Below are positions 24,001 to 27,988 of a DNA stretch of 64,000 nucleotides, piece by piece. How positions within the stretch are numbered: position 1 is the stretch's first letter; the number at the start of each line of letters is the position of its first letter. Position numbers and translations under genes: made by a program. Origin of the DNA: Candidatus Omnitrophota bacterium. GTDB lineage: Bacteria > Omnitrophota > Gorgyraeia > 2-01-FULL-45-10. The notes beneath the pieces are model-generated. The model saw only the letters and a list, made by a program, of their open reading frames with translations. It was not told where the DNA came from and did not search any database. The stretch spans positions 51,991 to 115,990 of the forward strand of contig PLNN01000019.1 of assembly GCA_003142795.1 (NCBI GenBank). The letters are read 5' to 3'.

Positions 24001-27000
24001 GGCCGTTACGATAATATCACCAGGGCGGCTAAAGATGCTTTCAGGGCGCTTAATTCTTTGGGAAGATCGCCCGGCCAGAGAGGACTAGGCGCAGGCGAGA
24101 TACCGCTGCTTAAATTATTGGCGGACAAAGATGTAGCGGCAGGCTGGTACAGTGAAAAGACGGCTATCCGTTTTCAAACAGTCGTTGAGTCGATCCTGTT
24201 CGTTGCATGGCCCTTGATATCGCTTGCCGGTATGCCGATACTGCATCAGGCCGCCATAATATTGGGAAGCGGAGCCTTATTCGGGCTGCTTCACTGGAAT
24301 GGGCTCGTCAATTTCTTCATAAGGCTGTTGACGGGCAGGACGCTTAATCTTCCCCAGGCGCCGCCTCTTTTAAGCGTTATCGGCATAACATCACTGAATG
24401 TTTTAACATTGACCGCAGTCGCTTGCCTTTCATACATTATTCCTTCAGCCGTGAAAGACCCTGTATCGGCGGGTCTTGCGGCAGCCTTCATAACTGTCAC
24501 GGGATTTCTCCTTGCAACAGGAAAACATTATCTCGCCAATATAAAACGTCGCCAAACTCGTCCAGCCGGACTATATGACCCGCAGAAAGGATACAGGTTC
24601 GGGCAACAGGGCATTGAAGATATGGACCAGGTGAAGCTCGCTATCCAGTCTATCATGGACTTAACAAAACACGTCATAAGCAATATTTCTAAAACTCCCT
24701 ACGGAATAAAGAATAAAGATAAATTCAGGAAGTTGATATTATTGTTTTATCAGTCTTTCAATGCGGAACGAATTGCCTATAGTAGATTTGAAGAACGAAC
24801 TGAAGCGAACGGAAACGTCGCAACGATAAAAGTAACGCCTGATAAATATGACACTATAGTGGAAATATCAGACGGTTACAGCTATATGGCGGACTATTTA
24901 TTTAAAGCATTCTCGATATTAGAAGAGTTGCGCGCGCGCCCGGAGAATTTACCGGAAAGTCTTTTGCAGGATATTTACAATCTTGCGAGAGAAACAGAGG
25001 AGCTATTGTGGAAAATCGGAAAAGTATCGCTTAGTTTTAAGCGTATCGAGGACGATATAGCGCGATTCCGGGCCTGGGATCTGCTGGAGGCGAGTTCTGT
25101 GAGGGGTATGTTACGGCAGCCGTCTTTATTGATCGATCAGCCTCTCCGCTCTCTTGTGTACAATGCGCGCGCCAGAGACTATCTCGAACATGTCATTACC
25201 CAGGAGTTGAGGCCGGGAGGCTATACAGAACTCCTGGATATGCCCGCGGGCGAAGTCATTAAAATCGTTATGCTAGCCTTGAGCCACACTTCGTATGAGG
25301 CGCGCATCAGGGCGGCAGAAGGGGCTGAAGCGCTTGCTTTTATTGGCCGCGAAACCAACCATGTTATAAAAAGACGCTCGCTATCAAATGCTGTTATTGA
25401 TACAAGGATCGACATAAACGGGAAGAAGGAAGGCATCGTCAGTCTTTTATTGGCCGGGCTTAGAAATAGAGACACCCATCGTGCCAATGTTAAGACATTG
25501 GCGTATCTTTTGAAAGAACCAGACGATCTTTTAAACAGAAAAATATACAGTAGTATAGCAATAGCCAGCGCGCGAATGGCCGACATAGCGCAAGAGAAAG
25601 CGCCGGACCGTCGCGGAATGACGCTTGAAGTGGTTATTGCAGCGATTGCGATCCTGGCCATTCTTTTGCCATATGTCATTATACCGCTTGTAAGAGACGT
25701 CTACGATCTTGGTTTTAGTCTTGCACTTAAGAGCTGGTGGGAAACGGTCGGATTGATAGGATCGGTATCATTTATTTCAGGGGCCATCGCGACAACGTTT
25801 ATTTTAATTTTCCATACTATTACCATTTCACCGCTTTCTTTCTACGAGGGCCGTCGTGAAAGTCGTGCATCCGAAGACGGATTATTATTGGAAGCGCTGA
25901 TACCGGATGCTGGGTCGGAACGGATAAATTTCCGCCATGAATTAAAACATTATTTAAATAAAGGTAAGAAATTGCTCGGCGAAGGCGAGTATGCAGGCGC
26001 TATGGAATGTTTTGACAAAGGTATCTCAATATACGGCAGATGGCACAGGTCGGGAGCGGCTTCTACCAAGACTGCATCTTATGTGGGCGCGATGGAAGGT
26101 TTTATGCGCGACCTTGCTTCATATACGAAAACAACCATAGAGGAAATTGCCATGTTTGGGACGTTCCAGGATTGCGTGGCGGCATGGAAGATATGCGACG
26201 ATCGGATCAGCGGTCCTTTTTGGCAAATAAGTTGTCAGGATATTCACGAAAGCATTTCAAGACGTCTTTACACAATTGCGAAAAAAGAAGAAATTAAGGT
26301 AGTGGAAAACAAAATCAATTTTGATTTTGAAGATGTGATCTTTGATAATGATAAAGCGTTAGTTCTCAAATACAATGGGATAAATGTAGTGCATGACGAA
26401 AAGAGCGCGCAAAATAACGGAACCAGGGTATGGCTGGTCGGTTCCCACTATGGTTCCGCGCAAATTAGCATGCCGCTGGACACTTTTCTGGCCGACATAT
26501 CCCGCGGAAGATACGTGAAGCTTCTTCCTGACGATGAATTTCCGACGGGTATGCCGCAGATGCCTCAAGACAAATCCGAAATATCAAAGAGTGTCGTAAG
26601 GCTCATCGAGCGCAATGACGCCGCCGCTTTAAGGGTCCTGGGCGCCTGGCTGCAGAATGATGATGCCGTTTCGAGAGAAGCCATATTTCACGTGATCATG
26701 GGATTTGCCAATAAACCGGAGTATGGTGCGATCCATGAGCTGCTGATCAATGAAATTCTCAATAATGATAACATGCCATGGCTACGCCGGGTGCTTACTT
26801 CTAAAAATGATCCCCTGCGCAGTTGCGCGAAAAATCTCATATCGAGTCGCCCGATTTCGGATAACGTCACAGCTCTCTTGAGGGAACTGGAAGCGCCAAT
26901 GATACTCATAGGGATCCCGCGTCTTCACCTTACAGATAAGGGCGAAGCCGAGGCCGCCGAAAGATCCATCTTTGAGAATGCGGTAGAAACGGCGGGCAAA

Positions 27001-27915
27001 GAGATAGCGGCAAAAGCGGAGATCGTTTATTTTGAGGACAGCGGCGACGAAAAAGCCAATCTTGAATATGTTTCCCGTGAAGCAAGGCGGCGCGGGGCGG
27101 CAATGGCTATTCCCGTAAGGAGCGGCATAAAGGCAAGCAAGTTCGAAGAAGAATTAAAGAATGGATTTTTGACAGAGGCCACCTCGTCGCTTATAGAATG
27201 CAAACTCCTGACGATGACCGTCGATGAGCAGAGAGAAAGCATGAAAAGGCTCAGGCAGGTTTTACCTGAAATGCTCGCGGAAATAAATACGCTGAGCCTG
27301 TACAGCATGAATTTCAGGATGAGGGCCATCCATCGCGATTATGTGTCGGCTAACAGAAGTATCGCGGCGATAGCGGATCAACCCGAATTAGAGGGCGTCG
27401 GCGTAAGGGCCGTTGTCGTCCATTCCATCGAGGAGATCAAGTCTCAGGCTGAAGCAAATAACGGCAGGAAAAATTTCAGGATAGTTCTTATCCCAAGCGA
27501 TGACGAAAAGGATAAATGTGCCGATAAACCGGCATTATTAGAACGTGAAGACATAACGAAAGATATGCTAAGGCCCGAAGACCTGATGGTCATGGAAAGA
27601 GGAACGCCGCTGTCGAAGATAAGAGATGAGGTCGCTAGATCCTATGAGAATGAGAAGGGATCCAGGCCGAAGAGGATAGCCATAGCCGACAAGTCTAACG
27701 ACGATGGCATAAAGGCCGAAGTGCCGGATGACGTTTTGTTCCTTGAATACAATGAAGTAGCCGGCCCATGGGTCTACTATGCCCTCTGCGCGGTCATAAT
27801 GAATCCTGATGAGATCGTCAAGTGGAGAAAATGGCTAAAAGCGATAGAAAAGAACGATATCGAACGTTTCCGCAAAGCGATCGAACAGTTTAAGGTAGTG
27901 CTTATGAACGCATAA
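1..27915 (+). CDS. Giant polytopic membrane protein of at least 9,300 aa, incomplete at its 5' end. It is a mosaic of TM clusters, TPR and HEAT repeats, an HAD-IIB-like domain, a SAM-MTase-like domain and a sigma-70 r4-like HTH.
   Basis: Single uninterrupted ORF in frame +1 ending at TAA 27913-27915. The ORF track places the first ATG at 157, but the same frame has no stop back to nt 1 and translates to hydrophobic helix-like sequence (LAAFAAIITVW...), so the gene probably begins upstream of the window. Hydrophobic helix clusters lie at nt ~160-680, 4420-4625, 6880-7110, 10200-10740, 12280-12480, 13600-13810, 14215-14450, 22340-22720, 24180-24540 and 25620-25850. Confidence 0.8.
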   Translation, partial: LAAFAAIITVWRQHPSTVSRIVKAAIVPAVCIGASYLFGDLYAGLFKNSAWSLKTMLASTIIGGATLAGGSYMEQTARGVKVDRSEVFRWAIAGSALLGLLAYGAWFPLLTHLTKDNNFLFAALDMCVFAPFVFIPLEFLAKKYLVSPGDTTNTFKNTLQTWAFVSVLNVVWFGPILFLGRALWPDKIVLIDANAAVIWAGPLVYFLGVWKRFGGISGLAKKVFKLKKEALEKDAPLVILGGEEELASELRGFARYSMVEQDQTIKTVVAHGFNAGNTGLLQDDIEILWQHSWFVRLVNWLEKRHPSIYEMIRKTYRSFGIELVKTVPTMGAFMYGFGAGAHRNDFEKVLLYRSTKGSRSALAIVDEAEDVLRRSKGNFDQDVKIIAFFKALKRYARLVDDQAARHGLDLTGVWGDAAKRARPVTIQNILALGTFLESAKPGRISLRKYYRALNRVSSILESPAVPIHTSLWSHKEATPVGYLKEAEELKMPDGSIVFTDKIVGQWNLKTVKHGPLVKIDVVNTGTGEKAVLPVVPEALRAIEKAEELVIAPENILTDLSMFLSVKEIADALAKRKEAGKPTILVLPVSTKDGNPGLIDEGIDAALRAGMGYGISDIATHVIVNDIENETDVLIKITAKEMFAREGMEPVTISPSFEKVLRDNGTTVFKGPLGEIIKTPSKKPGLGSLEDNYQIASNRLAFVLKMIEISHKYKTAPLWISDIEGTIKPSGHTVLPSEETEEIASCLKENVPFGLLTEAAAGDAEESTANRVKARLESGGATGKMRLMPMQAVAGLRCFVYDPGNGRYEFITGFDLRKEIGDDKFNHLKQICVDLVEKFGLVERNKRLGFAGENDSGFWGPYFDDRIGGVTFSVIGKDALQGWISRYETKGGKELNRVLLKYLNDRCANEGIPVKWTLGSEFQIDGTHEKTDKGDGLKSISELTGIPLEAIIFSGDNIRWSKEGEPGDDTKAAQRAGFSLNMDGRLLDEPVAGKTVITASERGGKHGILPYLRLYRAFYATLPDKYKDFEKRLQDGIAREKEHQKRMSPEWAREQLKLFVAQGTIQGVPGKEIETLFDYAGILLDTKTGNEDDLQLVYKTLKIISLLDISPELRRLTEHKLRDFARNTRAKDFGSYSGAYQEGALNISVNTPSKGPAPVEALSALGAGEQSAAIHTGLGAFKGGKVGHVILLGENELDEELFSSQMENILKIETAFGCKARVCIVASFRNHRAVIELLKQRKFFGLESDQIAIEFQGIYQSMGVRGQGPYYYLEGGKHLAAPGDLDAILTPVLSGTFTEWSNASVEDIIVLSSAAKAPANPEEDFLILGRLIDTKADMVVSVTDRTKEDIGASPYYDADNKRIVLLEDYAVGQNVTRNLQSSFRNAVSLSSLFKHMGVDPLQAHGLNQAELSDKVRAFMHGLRDKPYVVRKAVTEEAGKIRQYKVDQFKHPFGNLTFKLKTEYVYTPSHKLATVSSVRLRRFGLGSVAQIILAALLVSIVGGAVWRDAQQRLAVALPYGITIAIVIGAMISATILIRWIMSNGFIYINVGGQHPSLLKIEKKIWRSIDREDQEALKSIVGADEAAIKELIDRPDSRIAEFKEDPISLEGKLEEGYCDGRTIYLLLKKPIITDGKEITRLRFQGVRPKIGENGKIANYSGYRELVAGEDGLLRVDEPPAARPAGAKLYDGASIEFEVMDNRSIPTDVAVGLGKYTGIDFQGQKVGYIIAGMEEPDGRLYTKKDTIGSMSCESFKEPSKKLTILFRKDSFSKEEQRRIGRTLKAKYEEGAGGLEESGLPFVILRVSKTRNDRIKIKQRYSSHPAQRSSFRSIRDLDDESDIYRQFGRLIRRAHDKGYYDLFPIVMHREYTGPTIPEEQTPSYYARSHETKVGLRQIRERWEVVSRNFSTLKRRGKRNSSEKNAAERFIDITSVLFDLTQTKITNIETTFGNALYGDDAPTHTSATSMDVSRLIESFLEGYFYDIDPRDRTFSDMYETCIQFERDPNRLLMPVNKLYNAIGVALWEEESEEFDKYRGLFMPNLIAAEKNSRQSEGGAARWFKPLIMMGGLAALSAFAITAFAILIPHASAIHTQAVTAAMPWWSAILGMFFLGSIGDWPYDPGRSRGEDPHAFALHHYNQGVRLCKAGQLIKAVECFDKAIEAVPNHYAMHYNRGTALLELKKYDEAIKDFERVLELNPDFSMAYYNRGEAYLAKEEYREAIADFTKAIEAGLKNGILYFNRGVAKLIIYKDESDLSYKDDGIRDLETAAQLEHLLIDRIRSIAENYNLDIKLPPPSSGPRFMSFLLPFIIVAYFASMGAVWPDMHLSFAGILAAMQSWFATVGASGALPWIVGVAATIAVLITTFIAYKNKSKPLVSSHQPFFFVRLTGLKYLIAIPQILLMAFVLGCTPPDSGSQKNIENRAEEAQIAKFEEEEAEHVDEIAKDNKDLQQRIAAFASIAMSKFSVHGFKYETINDRERLKSQEEGTRYLLVSARGIDSMYPADDKRVKLEVLMKKFIDTADGMVKNSFGTGDVLNECDAIINRANNLYFIPNGYLLDFFGINKFGQVITFSYKIVDKQPYTCNGYDIGVCYIVELTDYFSQRRAAYATSGKKLIIFKDSLNKPMVLPKNAGGRHQDAINKELAKLQARDSIEDAVDASAIHEVTHRANKGFKVGSGWLAGSMSHEDEEKSARFSAYFNGNGQAVDIAYSLRNIAYNATLDQDDPDGECAFIDALVVQGIRKGLFDKSDFTYDTRIGLNGLMNSLRKETTKIDEMNKAILSVAKAFNKGFDADEKGFRAKLKALVPEAAKPLLPSSYVIPEIKRKARPAPVEPAPVKTTEEKPSAESAEPSKEQPEAKAPVKQAGPESVVPIVKPAAPKPVSFLVPVADDATGQLRVVFNIVNKAKQANPALANNGKIETQYGAGKWLTKVKLSDGKAAWIYIEQKGDGKAAIFTGKKPKWVEIYLIGKDKNGLCLFDPDAKQCTVISARGDLIETTVGEGETIEDAVKEALHMIHNHNTPFYWPALAIAPQTTLPDLGSAAIHSYNEFNTVLQVSYRSYGITMPAEWDRIMPALYDTISSHTGFLSLNNREQVTMIRELYDFLQRKRYEKASIKLMSRDHTVLAFFGRSSGKEGDIFETRYANVVDVYGGHLELFKPGEKGMTPMEAKEKFLDRAAELAAAGKFVTLMVWSHGAKTGFEVSGMMGISDAEMAGALSGSRIKLSRKTIDLTRVNGIFNCCYATDFTLNMLSELKRQTDEMGSALVFPGSIVASTSRNREALSTALWDSIGEYHVRTKGKDSNNPSLPLGAILTFVDANLYTQGRKPEFDENNKIKGWTVLKPEILQDPAVIIPLNDKDREELRRILRLKDSMPAPNFIQIGLAEPARNLKQEVIDSVPGLVSAAVAGYKSQGGAWFPGTFYRKFIAPLETPVSFGLAFAVAQAFAMRMGWHDMARPLWLMTALVPIIFWAGHIPRSIYDYYKGNKITALKADVNILTIAAAAGTAAWLGATMTFPALNNIAPLLLYFGIIFPLTILHIYINWKDNVAGHDKRPFAQFTLGTLLTVMLYTAFFFSGYTTFSRYFITNPNAPILEQLEVIERRAAIHNKVKGRTSEPVFGIEPIDESIMRASLYERLAREDAENRKEAVAGLPWYQSHEDLARDVIYVTLEDGSKMVYLGIKANGINPDPKRPEMPIKCIRFHETYQSVIDRYKPLLAQPDAGTRLEAVIALGMLKDPSLVSDFMSVIEKDTDSRVRGKAIASLGYMGYGAKPAIEQIVHIFKNSKEDRFVRMIAADALSGIVKNLPDSNEDKTAVINILIDVIKDTLYGRLQGDDKQIGNAASFALIKIKDPSTVHKIIDDIRKEKSEHDKIQQPKDEPSSRSELGSDAYMNFAAIFGTLLLGTIGKWPFAWFTSDGAGLSQKANKYFEEAMRCCEHGKYEESLEPFNRTIELAPYYYAAYRNLGNAYFMLDRYDEAIDNYKKAIERKPDDNNSYFNMAQAYAFKDEYSEAVKCITKAIEYHTDEDEPEYGDLYYKRGILNFYAGNIEDAEHDLEMAVKLKPALISSVISFVHEHKDKLDVKLPPASPPPGQGPRFMSLFLPFIISIGIFASFGAVWRDAHLSFGSILEAIQSWLATMDTPAVLGWAGSISTGLALMTAIIAAPEERFNLSELISSYKKDVKIRGYTASEKYSAIIARLIKAAATEEIIEALDDIFVSGVVKFHMGFYTTAGILESRMNLVTRVLADELKIRIAGSSAVQSQEFAALYKKIKDIRDAEKDARLGFARYALKVEGKGSGVRKRNVPETHRRFDEYEKFLHISSLVEDIKNRRDLLIAKGVLGKDEAMNMLDIGCGEGVFLEQLSEKLTEAGIKANLTGTALRRSEGWAEIEAAHSNIKFMEGMAEAMDIGMGTIHYAVSVYMLHYSEDKLKVIEEVYRVLSPYGIARIHSNEESTQKGTPRWEVLFGRMDLAGSYKLRVEDAYEYKGTDKDYEGPALVIEKDDPREMPCDLLFPYTLDSEGFYHPIRIAQVRRAVPWLKTVAMILLAPLALLVLEGAGWRDAHMNLGGILEYMQSWLVTITTAPGALPGLTTIFTMAGFAFGSFIISKRDISLFFNKSSKKQKNQLLNGKIQKVWPGKLSGDKINKALDSAIGHLPDNLQEIVILKYYGDGDSGPLTDYDIADRYKVTVAAIRDSLRRAHKRIKTDLLEQNAVKDILPSYLDPKKLLEKRFFARSHTDRGGFALLDIAAIIPLAGLIVALSGSFIIGMALGSPSVFLRDYIHFASGAFTLRSPEWLMNIGVGGLPWLKYIAASISLSGFLMARSRKRDLRQAQSMQASKPQPVRPRERKYLRLLSDFEKKRARVMKLAEAQPPAPCRIVFDDKNIGKDKITSIEETVRAQLPRLQEMARTGYDISFGASSQDILRTIYIERSQRPEGEIELTRDRAFLALHLPVENPDIAARAMNDLMEKMGKYLKTPNVGVTTIVPVVHSDSASFGNIDYLITKSLRDAKNEGRRAEIIVECGVIQPYSCYESDLEEFKTTDAYKRMNKKPKNLSNILFDPGFKDARAAFLNYVHDEELDMQDETSRMIYSGFDSNIKYIYPRESFSAPLYMRLFKAQAVPIHEDIWDDTTLLFLRLDYNSFDRLKPKIPVTFNELTRFEDSYLQTQLDFIKIAHIRDARLERQLAALPLDPDVKDRLFILGGKHARGIKRYSPVASLFQFQDESAHWRQLKDVYPFMHARATAESVLSDAIHDWIDEKFPDGIHDPTPGSDEMQSFIAMNIPDDDNWRHMIDIDFIEFLLGLSKERADKRPLTEKNQVRVYGILKTIVGDMGSGDLKKWLIDYCNTAPGSQSAATDLINQRLRERLSSDERAFLLGDPDSRITGVAWMGKKNFDSRSIYSASNPVRKSTAMVGGVILRSDLGGESHPGKGSVPDEDRLSESVLENWMSVIKDGNKLGEKAIPVVLKGGAASGDEKRDFYTCLHFLTFNVYVVPAEELNGRSFWYSDATNSVYIADRAFTQAELAKIIGELQYIQDRINAGRSDDIENRAFNWTWTNAEPPQLEKPVSSEGQNDTANKAIGESDDNKQINSGGEQNNGRRARREKKVETPAQKAASFIPPIKSAVSRALAGSILPNMTALIDPKLRTAPTILFDASSYKNPVLSIIGIVGSPKLIPIIPDPRVLKTLDNSSRYTAQFSMDEINFRLKERHPETALLNDEWTDLAVTQIQAYPSQKKREWLTRQFSVLRAIVERSTGAFANDMAKYPAETKIVRDAANKLEMSYRTVTKKIFELQRKLKAKSNDGWITSADVAENMDSLKEVMAAWPRGIFVLEKNKSLLSGDMRRMDDWILELQNTLLPSLKNYDIFNLLSDKAVAQMPAGILNEVYYDAFRSVWLEELRDIGSSIAESGDEELDGYAWECCRLASYVFALEWESVFTDLTAEKAVPAGKSSFVSNTPIGGAGILLLDGEMQPREFIPGAGTMDAGDLALRHHPFMLKEQYRPGDRIVIVCPSTTGFPNFEQIHSYLEDMFVLRRMLPDSPQVYLGVATISGEMRLYGMAGSREGGDHWAELINSLYDELPKYRKLKKTLKDSFALHADRKIYDRYIGDDTEKDKKKRPSLRIGNSSTVISKEMEDILAKKDEGEIEKIENNPIYMIMKDVVEQLPLNIRKSLIEGYGREEADRIMNAVMNRFEKQFRDLKAFSKTIYSVNDLDKFFWEISSKVSRVNMFIAECRGSDLLDEYITRKGFLEVVEIGGLTVSTNPSPIQGLAPPPTQGETARQSVLSRVMRSHAQSFAPDKVLRAGKSIIDQLRNDARQSLDGKLLPNSVSIRPEVMNMGETLIETDNLSVDRPLFNLCFMHDFLGISTQPNFVVIPDPKSIAPYLQRYKTVLDKYELTTRLEKANPAAKKLYNIYRDEKPAPDVDPELLWKWTRDLCINAKEVLEERYGNIYNIEHDIEALKDKNPKIAGEIEDAKNTVVGLVKKEFKVSRMAIEAFDRLCRFKKDDKIPASEVKREIEQLIAYLDTWPRLQFGLRDTLNDLSQGEDYVEFEILENIISEFGKALSQHRFQIFAEHSLHSEAMELIYYDALRLALLKLCTDPSEGILPRISAWADHKQNIPVSMRTDVYRLFDETMGLVQYEVITDAIKEKVLVGKSDDRSRAHPPIGGLGVLFLRGAGEDNGQLQVRRYLPGAYLSSPGKTQYNPQYVKRWYQKGDSIILMYPSYSEYLNAESIRNFAEDCLNLRKDVPGLSEILVGIMQPNGAVAVYRPRAQLDDAAALYQLTFKTAEILSPYLSQFRVYVEDETFIWFSRAFTEFQSRSKNMPFNSGDGNRLLKLNPDRSVLFNMFRQKANDRLRSLGAILVKGLERCGYDHKTAVSMVERVKTRLNGEFRKIKTFDVAIDDGQSVFLNDKGLREEMETIVYKAIMAVGEEMASYLIEDQELFEPIKIRGLTDTDEAARKREAAKAQRLKREELRRKIAAIRKTNFTDPQAVRQAFEDSKMLFDNVAAAGEIKGALAEHLHTVIGHTLAEKFVRRTLDDSQNMWEAFLGGEAVEADAFFNLGERQALAELVMNAESGSEVNGFKAGIDTARQQFPIMDSINGWAELAYYVLEQDEIGRDDINTAVEMIKPIEESIKGLSGEDSQRAEDRFRQILNSFKDRLTPGILSELEEMFPDGNGAEDIEWERLIRLLPGLELACRVFSEAGLYSSQAERDKFEKGKLKVQAAVEEQGVYYEIARLNNEEKDTGKTSKEKSAKVLRLNIGNSLVFYNRYSGRPIKITLNRIEKGRLYFDVDTPFGLVAIGGAELSRTAFNHNGEWRSTSIRERAADHWKAVDGRLRFITLCGIDLFSRERDYGVENRLWVFPYKVLYGLIEDDTIIVESADTKKDNKRDEDKVEFKNVDAGICLRIDRVLPDGTANVALEDPLNQCDYNKVEVIEPAGQKPVANSAVNWLNLGLALLGFVPLIISQFFGFDLYNFIQTAAVISSIYVTSFLIHELNHYLDLYGYSWKNLKSFVTDRPALEVNAEGISVSGARGTPGVLVSAALGYVSYLFISLIPQYAIPALIINIALISKSDLTNIMKSDVFKELIIKIRGSEFYNALYEFMLEIYSFVAEIFSVFNDIFQTLVSIIKDLLASFEILFEISFKSAEEMEREREQRKDEARQLLHFLSDNRYSLGQFSAQQVVRRVLDKGKTLRSFILPDGVSRGVSLNAVINAYIKIDGNQETALSLSQKNAVSDNMFVRQEAVDSLYNFLPYATDLETFEDICDTPVKTVEGGASTAINLFLKNAASPLEAHQDLTNTIIAKIIFGNCSDLLIKKLVKCLGSADKDERHNAANLLILLTKRDDADIVSAIVGEIPNIRKEYFVYNDAEIAYGAYSLLAGLARETENEAILTAIIIETRHIIRYLSLDDEAICDRVRSAVYQLLLTGRKKIMDAVAREIPARIIGYMKNIEAPHACYAAHELMNLFITSGYPVIDVAIEKNRADIRKILIINKELNAGRYDNITRAAKDAFRALNSLGRSPGQRGLGAGEIPLLKLLADKDVAAGWYSEKTAIRFQTVVESILFVAWPLISLAGMPILHQAAIILGSGALFGLLHWNGLVNFFIRLLTGRTLNLPQAPPLLSVIGITSLNVLTLTAVACLSYIIPSAVKDPVSAGLAAAFITVTGFLLATGKHYLANIKRRQTRPAGLYDPQKGYRFGQQGIEDMDQVKLAIQSIMDLTKHVISNISKTPYGIKNKDKFRKLILLFYQSFNAERIAYSRFEERTEANGNVATIKVTPDKYDTIVEISDGYSYMADYLFKAFSILEELRARPENLPESLLQDIYNLARETEELLWKIGKVSLSFKRIEDDIARFRAWDLLEASSVRGMLRQPSLLIDQPLRSLVYNARARDYLEHVITQELRPGGYTELLDMPAGEVIKIVMLALSHTSYEARIRAAEGAEALAFIGRETNHVIKRRSLSNAVIDTRIDINGKKEGIVSLLLAGLRNRDTHRANVKTLAYLLKEPDDLLNRKIYSSIAIASARMADIAQEKAPDRRGMTLEVVIAAIAILAILLPYVIIPLVRDVYDLGFSLALKSWWETVGLIGSVSFISGAIATTFILIFHTITISPLSFYEGRRESRASEDGLLLEALIPDAGSERINFRHELKHYLNKGKKLLGEGEYAGAMECFDKGISIYGRWHRSGAASTKTASYVGAMEGFMRDLASYTKTTIEEIAMFGTFQDCVAAWKICDDRISGPFWQISCQDIHESISRRLYTIAKKEEIKVVENKINFDFEDVIFDNDKALVLKYNGINVVHDEKSAQNNGTRVWLVGSHYGSAQISMPLDTFLADISRGRYVKLLPDDEFPTGMPQMPQDKSEISKSVVRLIERNDAAALRVLGAWLQNDDAVSREAIFHVIMGFANKPEYGAIHELLINEILNNDNMPWLRRVLTSKNDPLRSCAKNLISSRPISDNVTALLRELEAPMILIGIPRLHLTDKGEAEAAERSIFENAVETAGKEIAAKAEIVYFEDSGDEKANLEYVSREARRRGAAMAIPVRSGIKASKFEEELKNGFLTEATSSLIECKLLTMTVDEQRESMKRLRQVLPEMLAEINTLSLYSMNFRMRAIHRDYVSANRSIAAIADQPELEGVGVRAVVVHSIEEIKSQAEANNGRKNFRIVLIPSDDEKDKCADKPALLEREDITKDMLRPEDLMVMERGTPLSKIRDEVARSYENEKGSRPKRIAIADKSNDDGIKAEVPDDVLFLEYNEVAGPWVYYALCAVIMNPDEIVKWRKWLKAIEKNDIERFRKAIEQFKVVLMNA
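2149..2950 (+). other. HAD-IIB-like phosphatase domain (phosphomannomutase, MPGP or SPP-like) embedded in ORF1
   Basis: Motif-I-like LWISDIEGTI sits at ~2149-2178 as a DxEGT variant of DxDGT. GVTFSVIGKDALQGW resembles the eukaryotic-type PMM FSIGGQ block. Motif III KGDGLKSISELTGIPLEAIIFSGDNI lies at ~2791-2878. Confidence 0.5.
4420..4625 (+). repeat. Intragenic TM-hairpin module, copy A (partial, with GGAVWRDAQQ)
   Basis: Protein-level repeat (SVAQIILAALLVSIVGGAVWRDAQQRL...) with DNA-level similarity (ggagccgtttggcgcgacgcgca) to the copies at 6856, 12226 and 13577. Confidence 0.6.
6376..6740 (+). other. TPR repeat block 1 in ORF1
   Basis: Repeated 34-aa units with the W/LG/Y/A/F/A/P signature: AVECFDKAIEAVPNHYAMHYNRGTALLELKKYDEAIKDFERVLELNPDFSMAYYNRGEAYLAKEEYREAIADFTKAIE. 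Confidence 0.8.
6856..7110 (+). repeat. Intragenic module copy B: KLPPPSSGPRFMS followed by a TM hairpin (GAVWPDMHLSF...QSWFAT)
   Basis: About 80-85% nucleotide identity over ~150 nt to 12265-12415 (for example gggcccgagatttatgtcg and ggagccgt.tggc...catctgagttt). Follows TPR block 1. Confidence 0.75.
11146..11410 (+). other. HEAT/PBS-lyase-type repeats in ORF1
   Basis: DAGTRLEAVIALGMLKDP...DSRVRGKAIASLGYMG...DRFVRMIAADALSGI shows a repeated ~30-aa helical unit with R/A/L/G spacing typical of HEAT. Confidence 0.6.
11755..12180 (+). other. TPR repeat block 2 in ORF1
   Basis: AYRNLGNAYFMLDRYDEAIDNYKKAIERKPDDNNSYFNMAQAYAFKDEYSEAVKCITKAIEY... reads as canonical TPR units. Confidence 0.8.
12226..12486 (+). 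repeat. Intragenic module copy C: KLPPASPPPGQGPRFMS followed by a TM hairpin (GAVWRDAHLSF...QSWLAT)
   Basis: Paralogous to 6856-7110 at both DNA and protein level. It again lies directly after a TPR block. Confidence 0.75.
13009..13340 (+). other. Class I SAM-dependent methyltransferase-like domain embedded in ORF1
   Basis: Motif I MLDIGCGEGVFLEQL (hh-D/E-hGxGxG) is present. The downstream acidic and hydrophobic motifs (EAMDIGMGTIHYAVSVYMLHY and VLSPYGIARI) match the Rossmann MTase post-I, II and III spacing. Confidence 0.65.
13577..13815 (+). repeat. Intragenic TM-hairpin module, copy D (EGAGWRDAHMNLGGILEYMQSWLVT)
   Basis: DNA similarity (ctggcgcgacgcgca...atattagaa.acatgcagagctgg) to copies B and C. 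Confidence 0.7.
13930..14105 (+). other. Sigma-70 region-4-like helix-turn-helix segment embedded in ORF1
   Basis: LPDNLQEIVILKYYGDGDSGPLTDYDIADRYKVTVAAIRDSLRRAHKRIK fits the ECF/sigma-70 r4 pattern Lp.r.R.V..L.y.eg.s..EIA..lg...gTVksrl.RAr..L. Confidence 0.5.
22340..22720 (+). other. TM cluster carrying an HExxH motif (SFLIHELNHYLD) in ORF1
   Basis: Three hydrophobic helices surround a HELNH motif at nt ~22483-22497. A second HExxH (AIHEVTHRA) lies at 7975-7989 in a soluble region. Confidence 0.35.
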
Positions 27916-27957
27916 TATTTATGCCTGCAGGTTCGCCAAGTGTCCTGCGGCATGAAA

Positions 27958-27988
27958 CCGTGCCTGCGCCTCCCAGGTGCAGGCACGG
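27958..27988 (+). terminator. Candidate stem-loop terminator after ORF1
   Basis: Perfect 10-bp GC-rich stem ccgtgcctgc / gcaggcacgg with an 11-nt loop, 43 nt after the TAA. It is followed by A/T-rich sequence with no clean U-tract. A second, imperfect hairpin lies at 27921-27953. Confidence 0.4.
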
